A stretch of 64,000 nt of DNA from a bacterium (GTDB lineage Bacteria; Bacillota; Clostridia; Christensenellales; CAG-138), in NCBI GenBank assembly GCA_963643205.1, contig CAVIJJ010000001.1, positions 134,651 through 198,650 of the forward strand, written 5' to 3'. Under the pieces are notes generated by a model that worked only from the letters and a program-made list of their open reading frames with translations, was not told the origin of the DNA and ran no database searches. The stretch's first letter is position 1; each line of letters begins with the position of its first letter. Positions 30,213 to 39,014 of this stretch are shown here, one piece after another. The position numbers and the translations under genes are program-made.

Positions 30213-30896
30213 TTACTTAGACGTTTCAAACTTATATCCTACTCCCCAAACAGTCTTTATTTCCCATTGCGGCCGTTCACCTATCTTTTCCCTGATGCGC
30301 TTTATATGCACGTCAACCGTGCGCGAATCACCAAAGAAATCGAATCCCCAAACCTGTTCAAGCAGCTGCTCACGCGTAAACACCTTGCCTTCGCGGGAGG
30401 CCAAGAAGAAAAGCAGTTCTATTTCCTTAGGCGGCATATCCAAAGGCTTACCATCCAGCATAACGGTATAATTGTCAAGCGATATGGTTAGCCCCGGGAA
30501 CCTGAGCTCTTTTTCATCGCCCGGCGCTGAGCTGCGCCTTAATACGGCCCGTATTCGAGCTAAAAGTTCCTTTGCCTCAAACGGCTTTGGAATATAGTCA
30601 TCAGCGCCAAGTTCAAGCCCCTGAATTCTGTCTAACGTATCGCCTTTAGCCGTAAGCATTATTACAGGCACGGTGCTTTCTTCGCGCAGTTTTTCAAGCA
30701 CCGTCCAGCCGTCCATACCCGGCAGCATTACATCGAGCAAAACTAAAGTCGGTTTAACGCTGCGGAATGCGTCCAATGCGGTATCACCGCGCGTACATGT
30801 CGCTACGGTGTAACCTTCCTTCTTTAGATACATTTCAATTATAGCCAGTATATTAGTGTCGTCATCAACAACTAAAATAACACTGTTGTTATCCAT
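30213..30896 (-). CDS. OmpR/PhoB-family response regulator
   Basis: Receiver domain (VLVVDDD, LLDVMLPGMDG, T...K) and a winged-helix output domain (TVWGVGYKF). Start at 30896 has an AAGGAGG RBS. Confidence 0.92.
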   Translation of the reverse strand: MDNNSVILVVDDDTNILAIIEMYLKKEGYTVATCTRGDTALDAFRSVKPTLVLLDVMLPGMDGWTVLEKLREESTVPVIMLTAKGDTLDRIQGLELGADDYIPKPFEAKELLARIRAVLRRSSAPGDEKELRFPGLTISLDNYTVMLDGKPLDMPPKEIELLFFLASREGKVFTREQLLEQVWGFDFFGDSRTVDVHIKRIREKIGERPQWEIKTVWGVGYKFETSK

Positions 30897-30917
30897 GCTT
30901 AGCCTCCTTGCGTTGCT

Positions 30918-30946
30918 ATTATGAGCTTGCACAAGCTCCCGCGCAA
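30918..30946 (-). promoter_or_regulatory. Candidate promoter of the two-component/htrA operon (TTGCGC -17 nt- CATAAT) with an embedded 16-nt palindrome
   Basis: The 17-nt spacer contains the perfect palindrome GAGCTTG-CA-CAAGCTC at 30923-30938. Confidence 0.45.
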
Positions 30947-31004
30947 ATATAATAGCATTAATTTGTGAACATGGTATGAATAACTTCAAAATGCCCTAAA
31001 TAGT

Positions 31005-33362
31005 TTACTTTTTAAGCGTAACCACCGTTACGCCGGCATCGCCTTCGCCATAACTGCCCATGCGGTAGCTCTTCACAAGTGAATGATGCTTCAAGAATGC
31101 CTGTATACCGGCTCTCAGTGCGCCTGTGCCTTTGCCGTGGATTATATTCACTTCATTAAGCCCTGCGTTATAGGCATCATCAAGGTAGCGATCAACGACT
31201 ATATTGGCCTCATCTACGAGCATTCCCCGAACATCAAGCTCAAGCCCAACTTGCTTGCCCGCGCCCAATCCAACTTTGCCGGAAGCCGGCATTTCTGGCT
31301 TTTTTTCTTCAATCAGGCGTATATCCTTAAGCTTTACATTAAGCTTCATAACACCGGCCTGTACTGTTACCTCCCCTTTTGAATCGGCTGCGGTAAGCAC
31401 AGTGGCTTTTTGATCAATTGAAACAATCCTTACGGTTTCGCCGGGACGTACGGTCTTGGGCGGTTTGGTATTATCCTCCTTCTTTACCTCTTCTTTTCCA
31501 TTTATCGAAGTTTCCGCCGCCCTTAATGTATCGCGGGAGGATTGTATAATTCTATCGGCGGCGCTGCGGTCAATATCCTTAATGGAATGAATCTGCGTAA
31601 TCAGCTTTTCCATTTCTCGCTTGGTATCGGCTACTATTCGCTTGGCATCTTCTTTTGCTTTAGCTTGCAGACGGCTGCGGTCATCTTCAAGCTTTTTTCG
31701 TTCGCGTTCAGCTTCGGCGCGAAGTTTATCCAACTCCGCACGAGCTTCTTCGGCCATTTTACGCTCTTCCTCAGCAATGCGGTGCTGCGATTGGGCACTG
31801 GAAATAATATCTTCAAAGCGTACATCTTCGCCCTTCAGAAACCCTTTTGCGTTTTCGATAATGCCGGTAGGCAATCCGAGGCGGGAAGAAATCTCAAAAG
31901 CATTGGATTTACCGGGTATGCCGATATAAAGCCTGTATGTAGGGCAAAGCCTATCCACATCAAACTCCATGGAAGCATTCTCCATGCCCTCATGAGTCAT
32001 GGCAAAAGCCTTTATTTCGCTGTAATGCGTTGTAGAAACACATATACAATTGCGATTATTCAGTTCCTCCAATATGCTCATCGCAAGGGCCGCTCCCTCA
32101 ATGGGATCAGTACCGGCGCCAAGTTCATCAAGCAGCACAAGGGAGTGGTTGTCAGCCTTATCCAATATTCCGACTATAGTTTTCATGTGCGAGGAAAATG
32201 TTGAAAGAGACTGTTCAATCGATTGCTCATCGCCTATATCGGCATATATATTTTCAAATACCGGGAATTCACTTCCCTCATTTGCGGGTATAAATATGCC
32301 GCTTTGTACCATTAAGGCGAACAAGCCAACTATCTTTAGAGTAACGGTCTTGCCGCCGGTATTGGGGCCTGTAATTATAAGCGAACGATAATCCTTCCCT
32401 ATCCAAATATCAATCGGCACAACCCTTTCGGACGGTATCAGCGGGTGACGACCGCGCACTATGCGAACATAGTTAGAGCGGTTAAGCTTAGGCATAACGG
32501 AATTAAGTTCACGCGAAAGCTTAGCCTTTGCAAATACCAAGTCTACGCGGCCCATTATATTTAGATTTTCTCTTATTTCTGAAGCGTAAGGCGCAAGCAT
32601 AGCCGTAAGTTCGGTAAGAATTCGCTCTATTTCATCAGATTCCTCGGCAAGCAGTTTTTTATATTCATTTCCAAGTTCAACAACAGCCGCCGGCTCTATA
32701 AAAAGTGTAGCACCACTGCCGCTTTGGTCATGTATAAGTCCGGGTACCTGTTGGCGGTACTCTTGCTTAACGGGAATAACAAAACGACCATTTCTTATCG
32801 TTATTATCGGTTCCTGAAGATACTTTTGATAAGAAGCAGACCTTATCATCCCATTAAGCCTTTCGCGTACTTTTTCGTTCGCAAGGCGCATGGAACGGCG
32901 AATTCGAGCTAATGCAGGCGATGCGCCGTCAAATATCTCGTCTTCGTTAATTATGCAGCGGCCTATTTCTTCCTCAGCACTTCTGTGCGTTATTAATAAT
33001 CCTGCAAGATTGCGGAGATAACTCTCCTCTCCCATTTCTTTCAGCAGCACATCTTTAGCTATTCTTGCCGCTTTAAGACAGCTTGCTATACCGAGCAATT
33101 CGCCGGTGGACAGAAATAGAGCAGCGTGCATCCTCTCGAGGCAATTCCGCATATCCGGGAAATCATCTATAGGTGATCTGCCGGTTTTATAATAAAGTGT
33201 CTCTGCCTCCGCGGTAAGCTTAAGCTCACGCTCGACTGTGTCAAAATCGCAGGATGGTTCAAGCTCATCAACAAGCTCTCGTGATACGCAGCACGAGGCG
33301 TGTTGCTTCAGCATCACGAGTATTTTATCAAATTCCAGTGTTTTTAAAGTTCTTTTTTCCAT
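31005..33362 (-). CDS. mutS2: Endonuclease MutS2
   Basis: MutS domain V ATPase (GPNTGGKT, DELGAGTDP), a coiled-coil region and a C-terminal Smr domain (LDVRGM...HGKGTGALR). Start at 33362 has a GGAGA RBS. Confidence 0.93.
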   Translation of the reverse strand: MEKRTLKTLEFDKILVMLKQHASCCVSRELVDELEPSCDFDTVERELKLTAEAETLYYKTGRSPIDDFPDMRNCLERMHAALFLSTGELLGIASCLKAARIAKDVLLKEMGEESYLRNLAGLLITHRSAEEEIGRCIINEDEIFDGASPALARIRRSMRLANEKVRERLNGMIRSASYQKYLQEPIITIRNGRFVIPVKQEYRQQVPGLIHDQSGSGATLFIEPAAVVELGNEYKKLLAEESDEIERILTELTAMLAPYASEIRENLNIMGRVDLVFAKAKLSRELNSVMPKLNRSNYVRIVRGRHPLIPSERVVPIDIWIGKDYRSLIITGPNTGGKTVTLKIVGLFALMVQSGIFIPANEGSEFPVFENIYADIGDEQSIEQSLSTFSSHMKTIVGILDKADNHSLVLLDELGAGTDPIEGAALAMSILEELNNRNCICVSTTHYSEIKAFAMTHEGMENASMEFDVDRLCPTYRLYIGIPGKSNAFEISSRLGLPTGIIENAKGFLKGEDVRFEDIISSAQSQHRIAEEERKMAEEARAELDKLRAEAERERKKLEDDRSRLQAKAKEDAKRIVADTKREMEKLITQIHSIKDIDRSAADRIIQSSRDTLRAAETSINGKEEVKKEDNTKPPKTVRPGETVRIVSIDQKATVLTAADSKGEVTVQAGVMKLNVKLKDIRLIEEKKPEMPASGKVGLGAGKQVGLELDVRGMLVDEANIVVDRYLDDAYNAGLNEVNIIHGKGTGALRAGIQAFLKHHSLVKSYRMGSYGEGDAGVTVVTLKK

Positions 33363-33475
33363 GCCGCGTCTCCGATTATTTATATCATAAATACATAAAA
33401 AGGCGACCGAAACAAAACGCTCCGGCCGCGCCAAATTTTCCAGTCACAAACAGCCGTGACTTTATAATAAATTTC

Positions 33476-33799
33476 TCAGTGCACACCAGTCTCTTGCTTA
33501 GCGGCAAAAGGACGCTTAACGGGAGCGGATGCGCCATTACGCTTAGGCATTTCCCTAAGATCAGATATACGCTGATCAAGAGCCTCATAGTCGCTACGCA
33601 ATTTGGTAAGCTCATCAGCCATATTCAGCGCCGCAAGCAACACACAATTGCCCGTGCTGAGCATGGGATATTTAAGCTTTACGTCGTCAACCCTCGCGTT
33701 TACCATATCCGCCAGAGAATCCATATACTGTTGGCTTTCGTCACCGGTAAGTTTAAATTCCATTCCGGCAATACGAACTATAGTACGATTATTATCCAT
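33476..33799 (-). CDS. zapA: Cell division protein ZapA
   Basis: 107 aa. The pattern IAGMEFKLTGDES...YMDSLADMVNARV...LLAALNMADEL is typical of ZapA, and a C-terminal coiled coil is present. Confidence 0.8.
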   Translation of the reverse strand: MDNNRTIVRIAGMEFKLTGDESQQYMDSLADMVNARVDDVKLKYPMLSTGNCVLLAALNMADELTKLRSDYEALDQRISDLREMPKRNGASAPVKRPFAAKQETGVH

Positions 33800-33819
33800 A
33801 GATACAACACCTCGATAAA

Positions 33820-33848
33820 ATTATACTATGTGTTGTATCAAGATGCAA
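33820..33848 (-). promoter_or_regulatory. zapA promoter (TTGCAT -17 nt- TATAAT)
   Basis: Minus strand: -35 at 33848-33843, an exact 17-nt spacer, and consensus -10 at 33825-33820. Confidence 0.65.
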
Positions 33849-33884
33849 CACTTTTCATCTATATATTGTATAAAATGGCTGAAT

Positions 33885-34604
33885 TTATTCTGCGTCATCA
33901 TTTATCTCAATATCTATTGCAACGCTCTTTTCGTCCTTTGAGCCGATTGTATAAATTCTAAAGTCCGTACTAAGTGAATTGAATGAATTGACTTTGCTGC
34001 TTTCTTCGGCTGAAATAGCGGCGCTGTGCAGCATATTAAGCGTTGTGTCTATATCGTCTGATCCCCCACTTAATGCTGTTAATAAAGCGTTGAGCATTAT
34101 ACGTACTTCATTACAGTGCCCTTCATAATTGCTGTATTCTTTATTATAAATGTATTGCTGTATCGGGGTAAGATCTCCGTCAGGCTTATCCGGTTCACTT
34201 ACAACGGAATATTGAATTTCAATCGTGTTAAATACGCCATCGGTACTTTCAAAGTTTATTTCAATGCTGAATAGGTCACTTGAAATTGTATATTCTTCTT
34301 TGCCGGCATCCGCATATATCATTTGCGAAGTGCTGTTCGGCCATTCGGCTAAAATTGCTTCAACTATATCGGCAGGTTCGGATAACGTGTCATAAAACTC
34401 GTCAGTATCGCTATTTTCACCTATAACGGTATAATCATCATATTCGGTATTGCCTTTTGATAATCCGATTGAAGCAAGCATTTCAGAACCTTTGTCGGTC
34501 ATCAAAAAAAGCATTATGCCAATCAGCAAAATGATAGCAGTAAGAAGAGTATTTGCCAGCTTTTCTTTCTTGGCGCTGCTTTTTTGATCTTTCTTATCCA
34601 TCAA
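33885..34604 (-). CDS. Hypothetical membrane-anchored protein
   Basis: Basic N-terminus, one TM helix (LLTAIILLIGIMLFLM) and an acidic extracytoplasmic domain. 239 aa. No family recognised. Confidence 0.6.
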   Translation of the reverse strand: MMDKKDQKSSAKKEKLANTLLTAIILLIGIMLFLMTDKGSEMLASIGLSKGNTEYDDYTVIGENSDTDEFYDTLSEPADIVEAILAEWPNSTSQMIYADAGKEEYTISSDLFSIEINFESTDGVFNTIEIQYSVVSEPDKPDGDLTPIQQYIYNKEYSNYEGHCNEVRIMLNALLTALSGGSDDIDTTLNMLHSAAISAEESSKVNSFNSLSTDFRIYTIGSKDEKSVAIDIEINDDAE

Positions 34605-35586
34605 ATTCAGCCTCGTCTATCAATTTATCCAAATCAGTATTTGCATCAAGCCCGGCTTTTTTTAATGCCTGTACGAACCATTCGGGTACAGGCGCACGGA
34701 ACGTTATTAGCTTGTTTGATGATGGATGCGTTAGCGTGAGCCTGGCGGCATGCAGTGCCTGCCCATCAAGGCCCAGACTGTTTTTTTCGGAACCGTATAC
34801 GCAGTCTCCCGCCACAGGGTGCTTAATATACGCCATATGTACTCTTATTTGGTGAGTTCGCCCGGTTTCCAGCTTAGCCGCTATAAGCGTATAATTTCCA
34901 AGCCTTTCAAGCACACTAAAGTGAGTTATCGCGCTGCGTCCATCCGGTCTTACGGCCATTTTTTTCCTGTCAATCTTGTGCCGACCGATCGGGGCGTTAA
35001 CGGTTCCGACATCTTCCTTTATGTTGCCCATAACCAATGCCAAATATACCCGCCCCGCCTCATGAGTTTTCATTTGAGCGGCAAGGTTCCTGTGCGCGTT
35101 ATCGTTTTTAGCTATTACTATCAGTCCGGAGGTTAGCTTGTCTATTCTATGTACAATACCCGGGCGCAGCTCTCCGCCTATACCGGACAAATCTTTTATG
35201 TGATACATGATCGCATTTACCAATGTACCCGATTCATTTCCGGGCGCCGGATGAACAACCATGCCTTTGGGTTTATCTATAACAGCGATATCTTTGTCTT
35301 CATATACTATAGACAAAGGAATATCTTCAGCCTTAAGCTCGGTAACCGCGGGCAAAGAGATAAAAAGCTCCACCTCATCGTTATTCTTAAGCTTATACCC
35401 TGCCTTTGTTTCCTCTTTGCCGTTCACGCAGGCGTTCCCGTCTTCTATAAGTTGTTTAACGTAGGAACGCGTTTCTCCGCAAATGGATGCAAGAAGAACA
35501 TCAAGTCTTTCTCCTCCTAAAGCCAAGGCCTTTATCGTTCGACCATACTCACTGTATTCTATTGTGGGCGAGTTCGGCTTTTCCAT
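34594..35586 (-). CDS. rluD: 23S rRNA pseudouridine synthase, RluA/RluD family
   Basis: S4-like N-terminus and the catalytic HRIDKLTSG motif. lspA-rluD synteny. Confidence 0.9.
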   Translation of the reverse strand: MEKPNSPTIEYSEYGRTIKALALGGERLDVLLASICGETRSYVKQLIEDGNACVNGKEETKAGYKLKNNDEVELFISLPAVTELKAEDIPLSIVYEDKDIAVIDKPKGMVVHPAPGNESGTLVNAIMYHIKDLSGIGGELRPGIVHRIDKLTSGLIVIAKNDNAHRNLAAQMKTHEAGRVYLALVMGNIKEDVGTVNAPIGRHKIDRKKMAVRPDGRSAITHFSVLERLGNYTLIAAKLETGRTHQIRVHMAYIKHPVAGDCVYGSEKNSLGLDGQALHAARLTLTHPSSNKLITFRAPVPEWFVQALKKAGLDANTDLDKLIDEAEFDG

Positions 35587-35594
35587 CTGCCTTT

Positions 35595-36098
35595 TTATTT
35601 CTCCTCGTCAATATCATTCCCACTATGCTTTTTACCGTAATTATCGAAGTAAGTTTTTCCCTTAAAAAACAACACATCTATTATCAGTATTGCGGCACCT
35701 ACGCAAATCGCGCTGTCCGCTACATTGAACACAGGGAAGTCAATCAATTCAAAGTAAATCATATCCCGCACATAGCCAAGAATCACTCTGTCGATAAAAT
35801 TGCCAAGCGCTCCGGCAAATATGAGTGCAAGAGAAATTCTCATCAGAGCATGCATTTTAGAGTATTCCTTAATCATGAAATACGCAAGCGCACCGCAAGC
35901 CAAAATGGTTGCAATTATAAAGAAAGCCTGCGCATTTTGGAGTATGCCGAATGCGGCTCCGCGATTTTCGACATAAGTAATGGACAGCACGCCCTTTATA
36001 ATATCTATACCCTCACCAAGTTTGAGAGCTCCCGCGCTGACTATTTTGGTAATTTGATCCAGCACGACCACGGCAAGTATTACAATTATGCTCAGCAT
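35595..36098 (-). CDS. lspA: Lipoprotein signal peptidase II
   Basis: NRGAAFG and FNVAD motifs with four TM helices. I prefer the start at 36098 (MLSIIV), which leaves no overlap with the upstream gene. Confidence 0.9.
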   Translation of the reverse strand: MLSIIVILAVVVLDQITKIVSAGALKLGEGIDIIKGVLSITYVENRGAAFGILQNAQAFFIIATILACGALAYFMIKEYSKMHALMRISLALIFAGALGNFIDRVILGYVRDMIYFELIDFPVFNVADSAICVGAAILIIDVLFFKGKTYFDNYGKKHSGNDIDEEK

Positions 36099-36151
36099 AA
36101 ATATTCCCCCATATTTTCTGGATGCTATTTTATCATGCATCGCTATTTCAA

Positions 36152-37789
36152 TCAACTTTCGATATACCAATTTGAAACGTTGCTCAACAAATCGGGTTCT
36201 CGTTCATTTTCAAGTCCTTTAACCGACGCATGGTACAGAATACTCGAAAGCCTAAAATACAGCGTAATGAACGGAACATTCTCCACAAAGCTTGTCTGCA
36301 GCGCATCGGCGGCGCTGCGGCAAGAGGATTCGTCACGAGCTGTATTGAGGGCTCGTGCCAATGAGGATAGGTCATCATTTCTGTACCCGCCGTAATTATA
36401 AGCACCATTATAGTCTATATACGGCAATATATCGCAATCTCTTGACAGATTAAATCCCACAAGGGCGATGTCAAATTCTTTGTTTTCAAGCTTTTGAATA
36501 TATTCGCTGTTATCATCTCCAAGAGTATATCCTGCCGTAACAATTTCAACATGTATACCTATCTCCTCAAGCTGATCGGCAATAACACCAGCCGCGGTTT
36601 CTCTGGCTGAATCGGTAGTCTTATTTACCAATAGCTTTAACGTAAGCTCATCGTAATAGTGACCATCCTTTTCAACGTAACCATCGCCATCGGAGTCCTT
36701 CCAGCCGGCTTGTTCAAGCAAGCTTAAAGCGAGCTCGGTATTATAGTCATAAACCTTTGACTTGCTGTTATAAAGCCAGCTGTCCGGCGCTATCGGAACA
36801 TCGCAAGCCCTGGCGCGATTCATGTAAACGTTTGTGATTATTGTGCTTCGATTTATGGCATATGCAATTGCCTGCCGAACGAGCACATCATTAAGATTCT
36901 CATTATTGTAGTTAAAAAGCATAACTTCGGCAGTCTGTGTCATAACATCCGTTACGTTTGTTACGCCGTCCTCGCGATAACGTCCTACGGAAAGTGAAGA
37001 TGTAAATACCATATCCAACTGACCGGCGACATATGAAGCAATAGAAACCTCGTTACTGCTCCTTTGATAAAACTCTATTTTCTGTATATAGGGTTCTTCC
37101 TTCCACCAATTTTGGTTTATCTCAAGCACAGCCTTTTCGTCCGTTACAGACGAAATATAATATGGGCCGGTTCCTGCGCCGTATTGTGAAGTGGATGTTG
37201 TTGGTGATTCAACAATAGGAAAATTCAGAGCATACAAAGAAGACAAGCCTTGTTGCTTCATGGTTACAATAACGCTTCCGTTTTCTCCCACCGAGATGCT
37301 GTCTATTTTGTCCGCAACGTAGGAATAGTATCCACCGTTTTGCTTAATGCGGTCAAACGAGTATATAACATCTTCAGCCGTCACCCTTGCGCCGGTATCT
37401 TGCCAACGGGCAGAAGAACGTAAATTCATCGTCCAAATAAGGCCGGTATCGTCACAGCTCCAGTTTTCAGCAAGTTTAGGCGATACAACCCCGGTTTGAT
37501 CAATAACAATTAAGCTTTCGTATATCAAAGAAAAGAATCCCAGCATTTCTTTGGTGTTTACTGAAATAGGATCGGAAGTATCGGCATTTTCAGGCATTGC
37601 CAGCCTAAGTGTGCCGCCGCACACCGGTTCCGGGGAAGGTGTTGGTGCAAGCAAAGCTGCGGATTCTTCAGGAACATCTTCTGCCGTATCGTTTTGCTGT
37701 GTTGCCGCACAGCCACAGGAAATTGTTGTCAAAGCGGCCAGAAACAGAGCGAGAAGTCTTTTTATTTTAACTGCAAAGTTCTTTTTCAT
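36152..37789 (-). CDS. ABC transporter substrate-binding lipoprotein, family 5 (peptide/nickel type)
   Basis: Lipobox LTTISCGCA. 545 aa with family-5 SBP-like blocks. No cognate permease genes are adjacent. Confidence 0.82.
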   Translation of the reverse strand: MKKNFAVKIKRLLALFLAALTTISCGCAATQQNDTAEDVPEESAALLAPTPSPEPVCGGTLRLAMPENADTSDPISVNTKEMLGFFSLIYESLIVIDQTGVVSPKLAENWSCDDTGLIWTMNLRSSARWQDTGARVTAEDVIYSFDRIKQNGGYYSYVADKIDSISVGENGSVIVTMKQQGLSSLYALNFPIVESPTTSTSQYGAGTGPYYISSVTDEKAVLEINQNWWKEEPYIQKIEFYQRSSNEVSIASYVAGQLDMVFTSSLSVGRYREDGVTNVTDVMTQTAEVMLFNYNNENLNDVLVRQAIAYAINRSTIITNVYMNRARACDVPIAPDSWLYNSKSKVYDYNTELALSLLEQAGWKDSDGDGYVEKDGHYYDELTLKLLVNKTTDSARETAAGVIADQLEEIGIHVEIVTAGYTLGDDNSEYIQKLENKEFDIALVGFNLSRDCDILPYIDYNGAYNYGGYRNDDLSSLARALNTARDESSCRSAADALQTSFVENVPFITLYFRLSSILYHASVKGLENEREPDLLSNVSNWYIES

Positions 37790-38381
37790 ATAATTTGCTG
37801 TATTTCTCCTTTGCGGACTGCACTTTTATGGCGTAATCCGCTGTTTCGGTATACGGGATATTTTCAAGGCCATTTATGCCGGCATATTGCGGATCTTTCA
37901 GCCACTTATCTACGTTGCCCGGGCCCGCGTTATAAGCGTATAACGCCATGCGTTCATTGCCGCCGTATTTATCAAGTAAATACCTAATATACCAGCAACC
38001 GAGCCTGATATTAAGAAGGGGCTCTTTAAGCCTCTCTTCGCTGTAATTCGACACGTCCAGTTTGGAGGCTATCCATTCCCCTGTTGATGGCATTATCTGC
38101 ATCAGGCCTATTGCTCCTTTGGGCGATACAACCTGAGCTCTGTTTGAACTCTCGGTTTGTATAACCGCCGCAACAAGGCACGGATCAAGCGAAAATTCAT
38201 CGGCGCATGCAAGTATCTCATCCGGATAAAGAAGCTTATATGTACGGCGATCGAGAATATTTTTAGCTGTAATTGCGCAAAAAACAATCAAAAACGATAC
38301 GACAACGCTAATAGCAGCATAAACCATACGTTTGTGCTTTTTCGTTACGTTTTTGCATTTTATACGCTTACAGGAAGGCAT
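37767..38381 (-). CDS. Lytic transglycosylase (SLT domain), membrane-anchored
   Basis: TESSNRAQVVSPKGAIGLMQIMPSTGEW and YNAGPGNV motifs, with an N-terminal TM helix. Confidence 0.85.
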   Translation of the reverse strand: MPSCKRIKCKNVTKKHKRMVYAAISVVVSFLIVFCAITAKNILDRRTYKLLYPDEILACADEFSLDPCLVAAVIQTESSNRAQVVSPKGAIGLMQIMPSTGEWIASKLDVSNYSEERLKEPLLNIRLGCWYIRYLLDKYGGNERMALYAYNAGPGNVDKWLKDPQYAGINGLENIPYTETADYAIKVQSAKEKYSKLYEKELCS

Positions 38382-38390
38382 AAAGCTACC

Positions 38391-38999
38391 TCAAATATTT
38401 TCTTGTGCGCATCGCTTATAAAGCTCATCAATTTGCGCGTAAAGCTTTTCAAGCGTTGAACTGTTGTCAATCACTTCGTTGCTGTACTTTAGCTTTTCAT
38501 CTTCGCTCATCTGAGCGCGGATACGCATTTCAGCCTGTTCAGCGGTGCAATTATCACGCCTTATTATGCGCTCAATTCTCACATTTTCCGGTGCCGTAAC
38601 AAGCCATACGCTGTCTACAAATTCGTTCCACCCTACCTCTATCAGCAGCGGCACATCCCAAACAACAACGCGGTTCGGGTTATTTCTTATTTCAGCCGCT
38701 GTCTTATCTTCCAGCGTATTCAATACCGCCGGATGTATTATAGAGTTGAGCAAAAGTCGCTTTTCTTTATCGGCAAAAACCAATTTAGCCATAGCTTTTC
38801 TGTTAAGCGTACCGTCCGGGTTTGTTATGCTGCCGCCAAATGAAGCAATAATTTGCTTTAGTCCCTCCGTTCCCGGTTCGACGACCTGCCGAGATATAAT
38901 GTCCGCATCAAGCACAAGAGCGCCCAATTTTTTCAGATGCTCTGATACGGTAGATTTTCCGGATCCTATCGTTCCTGTAAGACCTATTATCATAAGCAA
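38391..38999 (-). CDS. coaE: Dephospho-CoA kinase
   Basis: IGLTGTIGSGKST P-loop, 202 aa, polA-coaE synteny. Confidence 0.92.
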   Translation of the reverse strand: MLMIIGLTGTIGSGKSTVSEHLKKLGALVLDADIISRQVVEPGTEGLKQIIASFGGSITNPDGTLNRKAMAKLVFADKEKRLLLNSIIHPAVLNTLEDKTAAEIRNNPNRVVVWDVPLLIEVGWNEFVDSVWLVTAPENVRIERIIRRDNCTAEQAEMRIRAQMSEDEKLKYSNEVIDNSSTLEKLYAQIDELYKRCAQENI

Positions 39000-39014
39000 T
39001 CGCTACCTTTTTAC

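Noticed and set aside
35487-36395. 302-aa ORF on the plus strand, antisense to lspA and the 3' end of the solute-binding protein gene
   Set aside because: It lies entirely opposite two well-supported genes. The translation has implausible composition and no motifs. This is a typical shadow ORF.
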